DNA from: Megasphaera elsdenii DSM 20460
GTDB lineage: Bacteria; Bacillota; Negativicutes; Veillonellales; Megasphaeraceae
Length of the DNA stretch: 32,000 bases
NCBI RefSeq assembly: GCF_003010495.1
Contig: NZ_CP027570.1
Location: 570,001 to 602,000, forward strand
Reading direction: 5' to 3'
How positions within the stretch are numbered: position 1 is the first letter of the stretch; every line of letters starts with the position of its first letter. Below are positions 25,067-32,000 of this stretch, one piece after another. Position numbers and translations under genes: made by a program. The notes under the pieces are model-generated. The model saw only the letters and a program-made list of their open reading frames with translations. It ran no database searches and was not told the origin of the DNA.

Positions 25067-28000
25067 GTTCGTCATCTCCTTCATCAAACATCTTGCGGAT
25101 CATATCGTCTTTATCTTCCCGTCCGGCAGCATCATAGGTGTTGCCGGCCATGGCCACATCGAAGCGGCATACCGGTCGGTACGGGCAATAGCTGCACGGT
25201 GCATTCTGTCCCAGGAGGACGGGATGGATGGAAATATCGCCGTCACCGATATGGCCGGCAATATCCTCAATCTGCCGGGCCGCCCAGTCGAGCAGGTGGC
25301 TCCAGCCCGCTTCATTATAGAGAGTGTGGGACGCATCACTTAAGGTACCGTCCTTTTTCAGCCTCAAGTTGAGGAAATCGGAAAAGCCCTGCATCGACGT
25401 ATCCAGCTGCTGCATGACCTGGCCGTCATCGAGGTAGAAGCCGGTCAATTTTCCCTTAGACTCATAGAGCTTCTTCTTATTCTCGTCGCTGACGCGGTAT
25501 TCCAGGGACACCCGGTCATTGCGGACGTAGCAGTACAGTACGGCAGCCGGAATGGCATCGCCGCCAATATTGAGCAGGGCCACGAACATATAGGTCAGGA
25601 GCTGCAGTTCCAGGCCCGTGAAAATCTGGCTGATGTCGAGTTGTTTGCGCCCCGATTTATAATCGATGATGACGACATACTTATGGTCTCCCTGGCGAAG
25701 GGTATCGATGCGGTCGATCTGCCCGGTGACGACGACGTGGAGGCCGTTCTTCAAGGTGAAGCGCAGGGCTTCCCAGGGACTGCCCGGGCGGCCGAAGGAT
25801 TTTTCCAGCCCTTCCATATGGAAATCGGACACGGCACTGAACGCACTGAGACGGCGTACCGTCCGGGTCAGGGTCTGGATGAGCCGTTCCTTGATCTGGG
25901 CGAAATAGGCATTGGACATGAGGATATCGTGCTGGACCTGTGGGGCCAGTTCATCCGTTGCCTGGCGGCAGATAGCCGGGACTTCACTGTCCGGGATGTC
26001 ATGCCACTGCTTCTGTTCGCGGAGCAGTTTTTCCCCGATGATGCGCAGGGCCCCATGGACCAGCATGCCCAGGTCGGGGGCGGCAAACTGATAGCGCGGC
26101 CGTTCTTCCAGCCCCAGGCCGTAGCGGGAATAGTAAGCAAAGGGACAGCTGCGGTACTGCTCAAACTTCGTGACCGACCCCCGCAAAGTCCCATCGGGAG
26201 CGAACAGGCGGCGGACCAGCGCCTCCGGCAAGGTGACGGGCAGGTTCGTGTGGAACAGGCCCTGCACGGCGCGGACAGCCTGATGGCGCCAGCCATGCTG
26301 CCAGGCCCAGTCATAGAGAGCCCACCAGACGGAATCGACGGCCTGGCCTTCCGCAGCCGGCCGCAAATGACCGGGCAGGTAGTCCAGCGCTGCCGGCAAA
26401 GCCAGCAGATACTCGGCTTCCTGACCGGGCGGCACTTTCGTATCCTTGCGGATGATGCCGGCTGTATAGCCCTTATCACAGAGCTGATGGATCCACGACG
26501 CCTTTTCCAGGGCGCTGCCGTCATCGTCAGCGACGACATAAGATACGACGAATCGTTCACTGGCCCGGGTCGCGCCTAAATAGAACAAGAAGCGTTCCTG
26601 GAACGAACGGAAGCGGCTCCCCGGCCCGAGGACGATACCCAGGTCGGCCAGACGGTGGCGTTCCTTATCGCTGAACAGCCCTTCTTCCTGGCTGTGCTGG
26701 GGAAAGATGCCGTCATTGACACCGCATAAAAAGACGACTTTCGCCTGCATCGTATACCCCCGTTCCACAGCAGTCAACGTCACGTGGTCCAGCGTCGGCG
26801 GAATGAGGCTGAACTTCAGACTGCCCAGGCCATCTTCGACGATGCGGGAAAATTCATCGAGATCCGTTTCATCGTCGCCGCAAAGGCTGACGATTTCATT
26901 GAGGAAGGTCCCGATGCGCTTCCAGACCTGTTCGTGTTCCTTGCCTTCTTCGGCAAGGCCCGACTGTTCATCTTCTTCCTGCCACTGGCGCAAGGCGTCG
27001 GGGATGCCCAGCCGGCACAGCCATCGGTACAACAGGGTACACCAATCGCGCAGGCAATGGGATTCCTGGGCTTCGTTCCAGCAGGGGAAGAGAATATCCC
27101 GCACGCGCTGGCGGATGTCGTTGATGCGCTGCAAGCAGGCTTCTTCCCGTTCGTCCACGACCTGTGGCTGTTCCTGCCGGCGCCCATAGGTCCATTCGCC
27201 ATCCCGCAGCCAATGGCGGCCCTGGATACCGTAAGCCAGACAATAATTTTCCAAATCGTCGATATCGTGGCGGCTCACGGGAAAGAGGTCCGTCTTGAGC
27301 AGGCGAAAGATCGACTCATGGGACCAGCGGCTGCGGAAGACGCCGAACAGGGCCGAAATCGCCTCGGCCGCCGGATGGCTGGTCATGGGCCGGCGATAGT
27401 CGCTGAAGCAGGGGATGCCGTAGCGCCGGAAGATGCGTTCGACCCGGTCGTGGTACAAATCGCTCGTCCTGGCCAGGACGAGAAAGTCACGATAACGATA
27501 GCCCTGATGACAGAGAGCGGCGATTTTCCGGGCAACGCTGTCGATTTCGCCATCCCGGTCGGAACATTCCCAGATTTCCAGGGCCGATACGGGCTGTGTC
27601 ATTTCAGCCGGTACAGGCCGGAAGAAGGCGTCGCGAAAGACCGTCAGCGGGCCGTCCGGCCTTTTGGCTACCTTGGTCGTTTCCAGATGAGGAAAGAGGG
27701 TCTTTAAATCGCGATAGACTTCATAAGCCCGGTGAAACAAAGCCGTTTCCCGCCGCTGCTGTTCCAGGTGTTCCTCGTCGATGGTCAGGGTAATCGTCAC
27801 CTGCGCCGTCACGCGTTCCATTTGCCGCAAAATCTCCATCTGCTGCGGTGTAAACCACTGAAACCCGTCGACCCAGACATGGGCGCCCTGGAGGAAGGAA
27901 TAATGACCGACTTCCCGGGCCAGCAGGGTCATCGTATCGTCTGCCGAGCCGAAATGATCAGCCAGAAAATCCTGATACGCTCCGTAGAGCCGGGAAATAT

Positions 28001-28460
28001 CTTCCAGCTTATGCGACAGCGTCGGATTGGGGACGGCTTCGGCAGCTTTACGCAAGGCATCCGGTGTGACACAGAAAGACCGACATTCCCATAAGAAACG
28101 GCCAGCCGTATCGGCAAAATTCGGCTGTCTGGCCGCCGTCTGCAAGACGGAAAACTCTTTTTCCCCCTTGTGCAGCAGGCGCTGTAAAATAATCTTCCGG
28201 GCCAGTTCGGACAGAGACGCATGGGCCAGGCCCCGTTCCTGGAACACGTTATAAGCCAGGCGGGAAAAACCGACGACTTGCGTCCCTATAAAGCCCTGTC
28301 CCTCTGAATGTTCAGCCAGATGCCGTTCGGCGCCATATGTCGCCTGGTCAGGGACAAGGAGCAAAGCCTTGCCGCCGGCAGCCGCACAGGCCTGTATCTC
28401 CCGATAGCACTGCGTCGACTTGCCGCTTCCGGCCTTGCCCAATAATACGGTAACAGCCAT
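25050..28460 (-). CDS. addB: ATP-dependent helicase/nuclease AddB
   Basis: The N-terminal Walker A is LLGKAGSGKST. The C-terminal nuclease region is IIDYKSG, with iron-staple cysteines in CPFAYY and CSYCPYRPVC. SD AAGGAGG precedes ATG 28460. Confidence 0.93.
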   Translation of the reverse strand: MAVTVLLGKAGSGKSTQCYREIQACAAAGGKALLLVPDQATYGAERHLAEHSEGQGFIGTQVVGFSRLAYNVFQERGLAHASLSELARKIILQRLLHKGEKEFSVLQTAARQPNFADTAGRFLWECRSFCVTPDALRKAAEAVPNPTLSHKLEDISRLYGAYQDFLADHFGSADDTMTLLAREVGHYSFLQGAHVWVDGFQWFTPQQMEILRQMERVTAQVTITLTIDEEHLEQQRRETALFHRAYEVYRDLKTLFPHLETTKVAKRPDGPLTVFRDAFFRPVPAEMTQPVSALEIWECSDRDGEIDSVARKIAALCHQGYRYRDFLVLARTSDLYHDRVERIFRRYGIPCFSDYRRPMTSHPAAEAISALFGVFRSRWSHESIFRLLKTDLFPVSRHDIDDLENYCLAYGIQGRHWLRDGEWTYGRRQEQPQVVDEREEACLQRINDIRQRVRDILFPCWNEAQESHCLRDWCTLLYRWLCRLGIPDALRQWQEEDEQSGLAEEGKEHEQVWKRIGTFLNEIVSLCGDDETDLDEFSRIVEDGLGSLKFSLIPPTLDHVTLTAVERGYTMQAKVVFLCGVNDGIFPQHSQEEGLFSDKERHRLADLGIVLGPGSRFRSFQERFLFYLGATRASERFVVSYVVADDDGSALEKASWIHQLCDKGYTAGIIRKDTKVPPGQEAEYLLALPAALDYLPGHLRPAAEGQAVDSVWWALYDWAWQHGWRHQAVRAVQGLFHTNLPVTLPEALVRRLFAPDGTLRGSVTKFEQYRSCPFAYYSRYGLGLEERPRYQFAAPDLGMLVHGALRIIGEKLLREQKQWHDIPDSEVPAICRQATDELAPQVQHDILMSNAYFAQIKERLIQTLTRTVRRLSAFSAVSDFHMEGLEKSFGRPGSPWEALRFTLKNGLHVVVTGQIDRIDTLRQGDHKYVVIIDYKSGRKQLDISQIFTGLELQLLTYMFVALLNIGGDAIPAAVLYCYVRNDRVSLEYRVSDENKKKLYESKGKLTGFYLDDGQVMQQLDTSMQGFSDFLNLRLKKDGTLSDASHTLYNEAGWSHLLDWAARQIEDIAGHIGDGDISIHPVLLGQNAPCSYCPYRPVCRFDVAMAGNTYDAAGREDKDDMIRKMFDEGDDEHGLDK

Positions 28461-28527
28461 GGACGTACCTCCTTACATAAAAATCGATTATCTCTATTAT
28501 ACCTGATTTCCACTGGAAAAGAACAGT

Positions 28528-28561
28528 AAAAAGAGGCTGTCGCATGAAGACAGCCTCTTTT
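28528..28561. terminator. Terminator after the radical SAM gene
   Basis: AAAAGAGGCTGTC (28529-28541) pairs perfectly (13 bp) with GACAGCCTCTTTT (28549-28561). The loop is GCATGAA. A T run follows on the minus-strand RNA as well. Confidence 0.85.
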
Positions 28562-28612
28562 GGCGTATTAAGTTTGCAGTTTGTAGTTTCCAAAGCCTTC
28601 ACGCGGCAAAAA

Positions 28613-29596
28613 TCAATGGAAGATGGCGCAGGCCGTCTTGAGGAAGGGCAGGCGTTTGCTCAGGCCCGTCCGCGACCGCTGGATCCACTTGAGGTCATAC
28701 GGTTCAAAGACGACGCGCTTATAGGCTTCGATATCCAAGGGCGTGCCATCCCAGTCAGAATGGATGTCCCCGGTCTGTTTGATGAGGATATCGTAGAGGA
28801 TGTCGTATTCTTTGTCATCCCGTCTATCCCGTTCGATGACCGTGCTGTACGGCAGGGTCTTATGATAGGTCAGTTCCATGCCTTTGTAGTCGAAATGGAA
28901 GCCACAACGCATGCGGCAGCCATCAAGACCGGTATAATCGGCGATTTTCTTCAAGTCGTGAAGGATATGGTCGTGACCTTCTTCATAGAGATTGTCCGGC
29001 GTCGTTTCCGTATAGTCGAAACGGAACTGGATCGATGCCCCGTCGATGTGGCGGAACCGTTCCAGGTACGGCTTGAGCTGGTCAGCCGGATATTTCTTAT
29101 ACAATACACAGTTGATACGGAAAGGAACAGCCAGACGGCTCAAGAGAGCGTCATTCGATTCCTGTACATAATGCTGCATATGGCGCGATACGTTGATGCA
29201 GGTAATCTTATGGCGGTTGCGTTCCGTAAAGGCGACGATGTCGTCTTCCGATTGGTTTTCAAAGACCGGCAAGGTCGTATTGATGTATACCTTATGTGTC
29301 ACAGGAATACAGTCCAGCATACGCTGCAGCGATTCCATATTGGCAAAAGGTTCGCCGCCAGTGAAGACAAAGTCACAGAACGGCGTAATGCTATCCATCA
29401 GGCGGATGCTCCGGCAGATAGCCTCTTCGGAAAAACCAGTCATGTCTTCATATTCTGCCTTGTTGATGCAGAACGGACAATGATTGTGACAGTTGTAAGG
29501 CACGAAAACCGTGACGGTAGCTCCGCCATTCCGTGTCTTATACGGGTGGACCACACGCGGTACAGTCGTTGCGGCCATGCTGATTGTTGTTTTCAT
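28613..29596 (-). CDS. Radical SAM enzyme of unrecognised subfamily
   Basis: The CxxxCxxC motif is CHNHCPFC (about 29468-29491). The SAM-binding motif is FTGGEPF, followed by INTTLP and INVSRH strands. The roughly 130-aa C-terminal domain carries no motif I recognise. ATG 29596 (MKTTISMAATT) is preferred over 29644. Confidence 0.8.
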   Translation of the reverse strand: MKTTISMAATTVPRVVHPYKTRNGGATVTVFVPYNCHNHCPFCINKAEYEDMTGFSEEAICRSIRLMDSITPFCDFVFTGGEPFANMESLQRMLDCIPVTHKVYINTTLPVFENQSEDDIVAFTERNRHKITCINVSRHMQHYVQESNDALLSRLAVPFRINCVLYKKYPADQLKPYLERFRHIDGASIQFRFDYTETTPDNLYEEGHDHILHDLKKIADYTGLDGCRMRCGFHFDYKGMELTYHKTLPYSTVIERDRRDDKEYDILYDILIKQTGDIHSDWDGTPLDIEAYKRVVFEPYDLKWIQRSRTGLSKRLPFLKTACAIFH

Positions 29597-29720
29597 TCTT
29601 CTTTCGCCTCGAATCGTGGATAAGATCCCAAGCTGTTCCCACACTGCTGCCGACGAAAAGGAAAATATTTTTTCATCTTACAGCAGACAATCTTGTGACC
29701 CGAATGTAGTATCCACGGTT
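29597..29720 (-). ncRNA. Structured 5' UTR of the radical SAM gene (candidate cis-regulatory RNA)
   Basis: In the minus-strand RNA, CGUGGAUA (29717-29710) pairs perfectly with UAUCCACG (29622-29615). These enclose a long hairpin: CUGCUG with CAGCAG (29686-29681 and 29649-29644), plus GAUGAAAA with UUUUCGUC (29677-29670 and 29659-29652, one G-U). The pairing is better in the sense RNA than in the antisense RNA. Confidence 0.4.
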
Positions 29721-29748
29721 ATTGTACCATAAAAGTCCAGTTCTGCAA
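29721..29748 (-). promoter_or_regulatory. Promoter of the radical SAM gene
   Basis: On the minus strand, TTGCAG (29748-29743), a 16-nt spacer, then TGgTACAAT as an extended -10 (hexamer 29726-29721). Confidence 0.55.
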
Positions 29749-29844
29749 ATGCATATTCTATATTCCCCTTTTGCATAATTTTCATATAAAAACAATTCAT
29801 ATAGGGAAATATTTAATTTTATTATTTTTTTATTGTTTTTTCCT

Positions 29845-30594
29845 TCAATCGAGGGCCTTGCTGATGTCAGCTGCCGTCTTTTTGACGGCCTCAATGGCCA
29901 TGTTCCGTTCTTCCCCAGCCAGTCGTTCCGCCGGTCCGGATAGACTGATAGCTGCCGTGATATGGCCGCCATAAAAAATAGGCGCCGCAATGCAGGCCAT
30001 GCCGAGTTCCACTTCTTCCCGTTCTACGGCATAGCCCCGGCGGCGGATTTTTTCCAGTTCCTGGAGCAAATCGCCCCAGTCGGTCACGGTATACTCAGTA
30101 AACTTCTGTAGCGTACATCCCGTGTAGGTGTGCAGGTATTCCGGTGAAAAAGCGAGCAGGCACTTGCCCGACGCCGAACAATACGCCGGACGGACGGCAC
30201 CGACAGGTGGTGCCGTATCAATCGTCCTGGGCGACTTTATCTTTTCTAAAATGATGTGCTGCGGATAAGGCGCTCCGTTATGGGCAAACGTCGTGATGTG
30301 GACGCCTTCGTTGCATTGCAGGGACAAGGCCTTGGCATAGGGATAGGCGACTTTGGGGAATTTATCCTTTTCCCGGAACAGCATCCCCAGGGCATAGACC
30401 TGGAGCCCCAGCCAGTATTTCCCCGTTTCGTTGTCTTTTTGGACGAATCCGCGCCGTTCCAGCGTATCCATAGTACGGCTGACCGTACTCTTATGAAGTT
30501 CCATCATCTTGCTGATACTGGTCACACTGAGGGGCCTTTCTTCTTTTAAAAAGAGCTGTAAAACGGCCAGGGCCCGGTCAATCGATTCAATCAT
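29845..30594 (-). CDS. IclR-family transcriptional regulator
   Basis: The N-terminal winged HTH is LSVTSISKMMELHKSTVSRTMDTLERRGFV. The C-terminal IclR effector domain includes GMACIAAPIF and AISLSGP. Confidence 0.88.
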   Translation of the reverse strand: MIESIDRALAVLQLFLKEERPLSVTSISKMMELHKSTVSRTMDTLERRGFVQKDNETGKYWLGLQVYALGMLFREKDKFPKVAYPYAKALSLQCNEGVHITTFAHNGAPYPQHIILEKIKSPRTIDTAPPVGAVRPAYCSASGKCLLAFSPEYLHTYTGCTLQKFTEYTVTDWGDLLQELEKIRRRGYAVEREEVELGMACIAAPIFYGGHITAAISLSGPAERLAGEERNMAIEAVKKTAADISKALD

Positions 30595-30644
30595 CCTCGT
30601 TCCCCCGATCCGGCATCTTCACGACGCCAAGAAATAATATACTT

Positions 30645-30672
30645 ATTATAGGGAATACTCCTATAATGTCAA
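30645..30672 (-). promoter_or_regulatory. Promoter of the IclR gene with an embedded palindrome (candidate autoregulatory operator)
   Basis: On the minus strand, TTGACA (30672-30667), a 16-nt spacer, then TATAAT (30650-30645). The spacer carries TATAGG-N7-CCTATA (30647-30665). Confidence 0.55.
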
Positions 30673-30703
30673 GAGGGAAGGCCAGGCAGTCTCCTGAAAC
30701 CCA

Positions 30704-31756
30704 TCAATGGCAGGCCTCCCGGGAAGCCTGGCTATGGTCGTACAGGCACTGTGACAGCTTGCGGATCAACGCTTCACATTCCAAATGGCCGCGCCAGCTC
30801 TTCGGAATGGCCTGGACTCCATCCTGAGCGCCCATGATATTCCCGCAGATGGCGCCGCACGTATCGCTGTCACCATCCTGATTGCAGGCCATGAGGACAG
30901 CATCTTTCAGATGCCCCGTCTTGAGGACGCAGTACACGGACAGGGCCAAGGCTTCATCGCCTTTCTTGCCCAGTCCCAGCTTCTTCATGGAGTGAACCGG
31001 GTTGCGGTCGGTCACGGCTTCGTCAACAGCCCGCAGGATGGTCTTCATGAGCGGCGTCCCTTCCGGGTCCCCCTGTAAGATGCGCAAGGCGCCTCCCAGG
31101 GCCGTGCTGATATCCTTTCCTGCCGCCAGGAAAGCGATCATGGCACCCAGTGTCGCCGTCGGCAAATACGCTTCCGGACCGCCGTGGGTCAGGCTGGCAG
31201 CCTGGCAGCCGACGGCAAAGGCCTTTTCCGGGTCACCGGCGTAAAACAAGCCAATGGGCGCCGCCCGCATGACCGTGCTGCTGCCACAGCTGTGGTTCAT
31301 CGGTTCCTGACGGGACAACTTTTTCCCTGAGGCCAGGGATGTCAGGCAGGTCTTTCCCGGCGAGCGGCGGGCAAAGAGTTCTTCTTCTCCCATGATGTCG
31401 TAGTCGCAATCGACTTCATGGGGCTGGCGCTTCATCCATTTTTCCTGTTCCGGATGAATGATGCGTTCTGTCTGCGTATAGTACCAGCGCATGTACGACC
31501 GATACAGTCCATCTGAAGGTTCCAGTCCGTCGTGGTCAGCCCACAGCATGCCGTCAGCCGTGAACAAAGCCAGCTGCGTATCGTCCGAAATCAGGCTCTT
31601 ATTGCCATTTTTAGCCGATTTTAAAACAGTACGCAATCCATAAGGACCATATTTCTTATGAATCGTCTTCAAATCATCACATTCAATGACGAAACCCAAA
31701 GCGTCACCTACAGCGCCACCAAACATGCAACCCATAAACCGATCTAGCCCATCCAT
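30704..31756 (-). CDS. ADP-ribosylglycohydrolase family protein
   Basis: ATG 31756 lies 7 nt after AGGAGG. The N-terminal family signature is LDRFMGCMFGGAVGDALG. Acidic and Thr metal-binding blocks occur near the C-terminus (NQDGDSDTCGAICG). Confidence 0.88.
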   Translation of the reverse strand: MDGLDRFMGCMFGGAVGDALGFVIECDDLKTIHKKYGPYGLRTVLKSAKNGNKSLISDDTQLALFTADGMLWADHDGLEPSDGLYRSYMRWYYTQTERIIHPEQEKWMKRQPHEVDCDYDIMGEEELFARRSPGKTCLTSLASGKKLSRQEPMNHSCGSSTVMRAAPIGLFYAGDPEKAFAVGCQAASLTHGGPEAYLPTATLGAMIAFLAAGKDISTALGGALRILQGDPEGTPLMKTILRAVDEAVTDRNPVHSMKKLGLGKKGDEALALSVYCVLKTGHLKDAVLMACNQDGDSDTCGAICGNIMGAQDGVQAIPKSWRGHLECEALIRKLSQCLYDHSQASREACH

Positions 31757-31851
31757 GTAGCATCCTCCTATCCGTAATCCTGCTTTTCTTTTTCTCGAAA
31801 AAAATTTTACATTTTCGTTCAAGTAGTATATAATAAAAAGTTTATATATCC

Positions 31852-31880
31852 ATTATACAGGTTGCGATAGGAATTTGCAA
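31852..31880 (-). promoter_or_regulatory. Consensus promoter of the ADP-ribosylglycohydrolase gene
   Basis: On the minus strand, TTGCAA (31880-31875), a 17-nt spacer, then TATAAT (31857-31852). Confidence 0.6.
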
Positions 31881-31882
31881 AT

Positions 31883-31914
31883 AAAAAAAACGGGCCGCCC
31901 TTTGGGACGGCCCC
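31883..31914 (-). terminator. Intrinsic terminator of the gene at the right window edge
   Basis: The minus-strand RNA is GGGGCCGUCCCAAAGGGCGGCCCG followed by U8. Confidence 0.8.
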
Positions 31915-31930
31915 TACGAACTACTAACAT

Positions 31931-32000
31931 TTATTTTCCGGCTACGAGGAGATCGGTCTTTCCTTCTACGCGGTCCATGGCTTTCTTTACGATAGCGGCC
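31931..32000 (-). CDS. 3' end of an unidentified gene (the rest lies outside the window)
   Basis: The open minus-strand frame ends ...AAIVKKAMDRVEGKTDLLVAGK, with a TAA stop at 31933-31931 and a terminator directly after. The fragment is too short to name. Confidence 0.4.
   Translation of the reverse strand, partial: AAIVKKAMDRVEGKTDLLVAGK

Noticed and set aside
3998-31756. A functional link between the ADP-ribosylglycohydrolase (DraG-like) and AmtB-GlnK, as in nitrogenase switch-off systems.
   Set aside because: The genes are about 25 kb apart in separate transcription units. No nif or draT genes are present. The ARH family is broad, so proximity within the same window is not evidence.
1-32000. 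Mobile elements, prophage genes, CRISPR arrays, toxin-antitoxin pairs or known defence systems.
   Set aside because: I recognised no transposase, integrase or recombinase motifs, no terminal inverted repeats, no tRNA attachment sites and no spaced direct repeats. Apart from the two terminator copies, no long repeat was noticed.

Overview
This is a mostly housekeeping chromosomal segment with Firmicute-style signals: AGGAGG-type Shine-Dalgarno sites, AddAB rather than RecBCD, split sdaAA/sdaAB, and amtB-glnK gene order. No rRNA, tRNA, CRISPR array, transposase or integrase was recognised. Gene content, left to right: (1) a ClC chloride channel on the minus strand, running off the left edge and absent from the supplied ORF track; (2) an M20 amidohydrolase and an AEC-family transporter; (3) amtB-glnK behind a consensus promoter and a leader carrying two terminator-like hairpins; (4) aroD and an MFS transporter; (5) a tightly overlapping eight-gene minus-strand aromatic amino acid operon, aroF-tyrA-aroB-aroA-aroC-pheA-aroE-aroK; (6) an odd minus-strand operon of SUFU-like protein, YgfM-like FAD subunit, YqeC and polysaccharide deacetylase; (7) a roughly 500 bp poorly explained gap with one small ORF; (8) addB-addA-sdaAB-sdaAA; (9) three separately promoted minus-strand genes: an orphan radical SAM enzyme with a structured 5' UTR, an IclR regulator and an ADP-ribosylglycohydrolase; (10) the 3' end of one more minus-strand gene at the right edge. 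The best candidate for something undescribed lies just upstream of aroF (15610-15940, minus strand). It reads consensus promoter, strong SD, a 54-codon ORF in which 14 codons are Phe, Tyr or Trp, an intrinsic terminator, then aroF. That is the layout of a ribosome-mediated leader-peptide attenuator, a mechanism usually associated with Proteobacteria rather than Firmicutes. Secondary candidates are the tandem-terminator amtB leader, the orphan selenium-dependent molybdenum hydroxylase accessory genes, the radical SAM gene with its leader, and a 19-nt core shared by two terminators. All calls come from reading the sequence and translations by eye. No database search or RNA folding was run.
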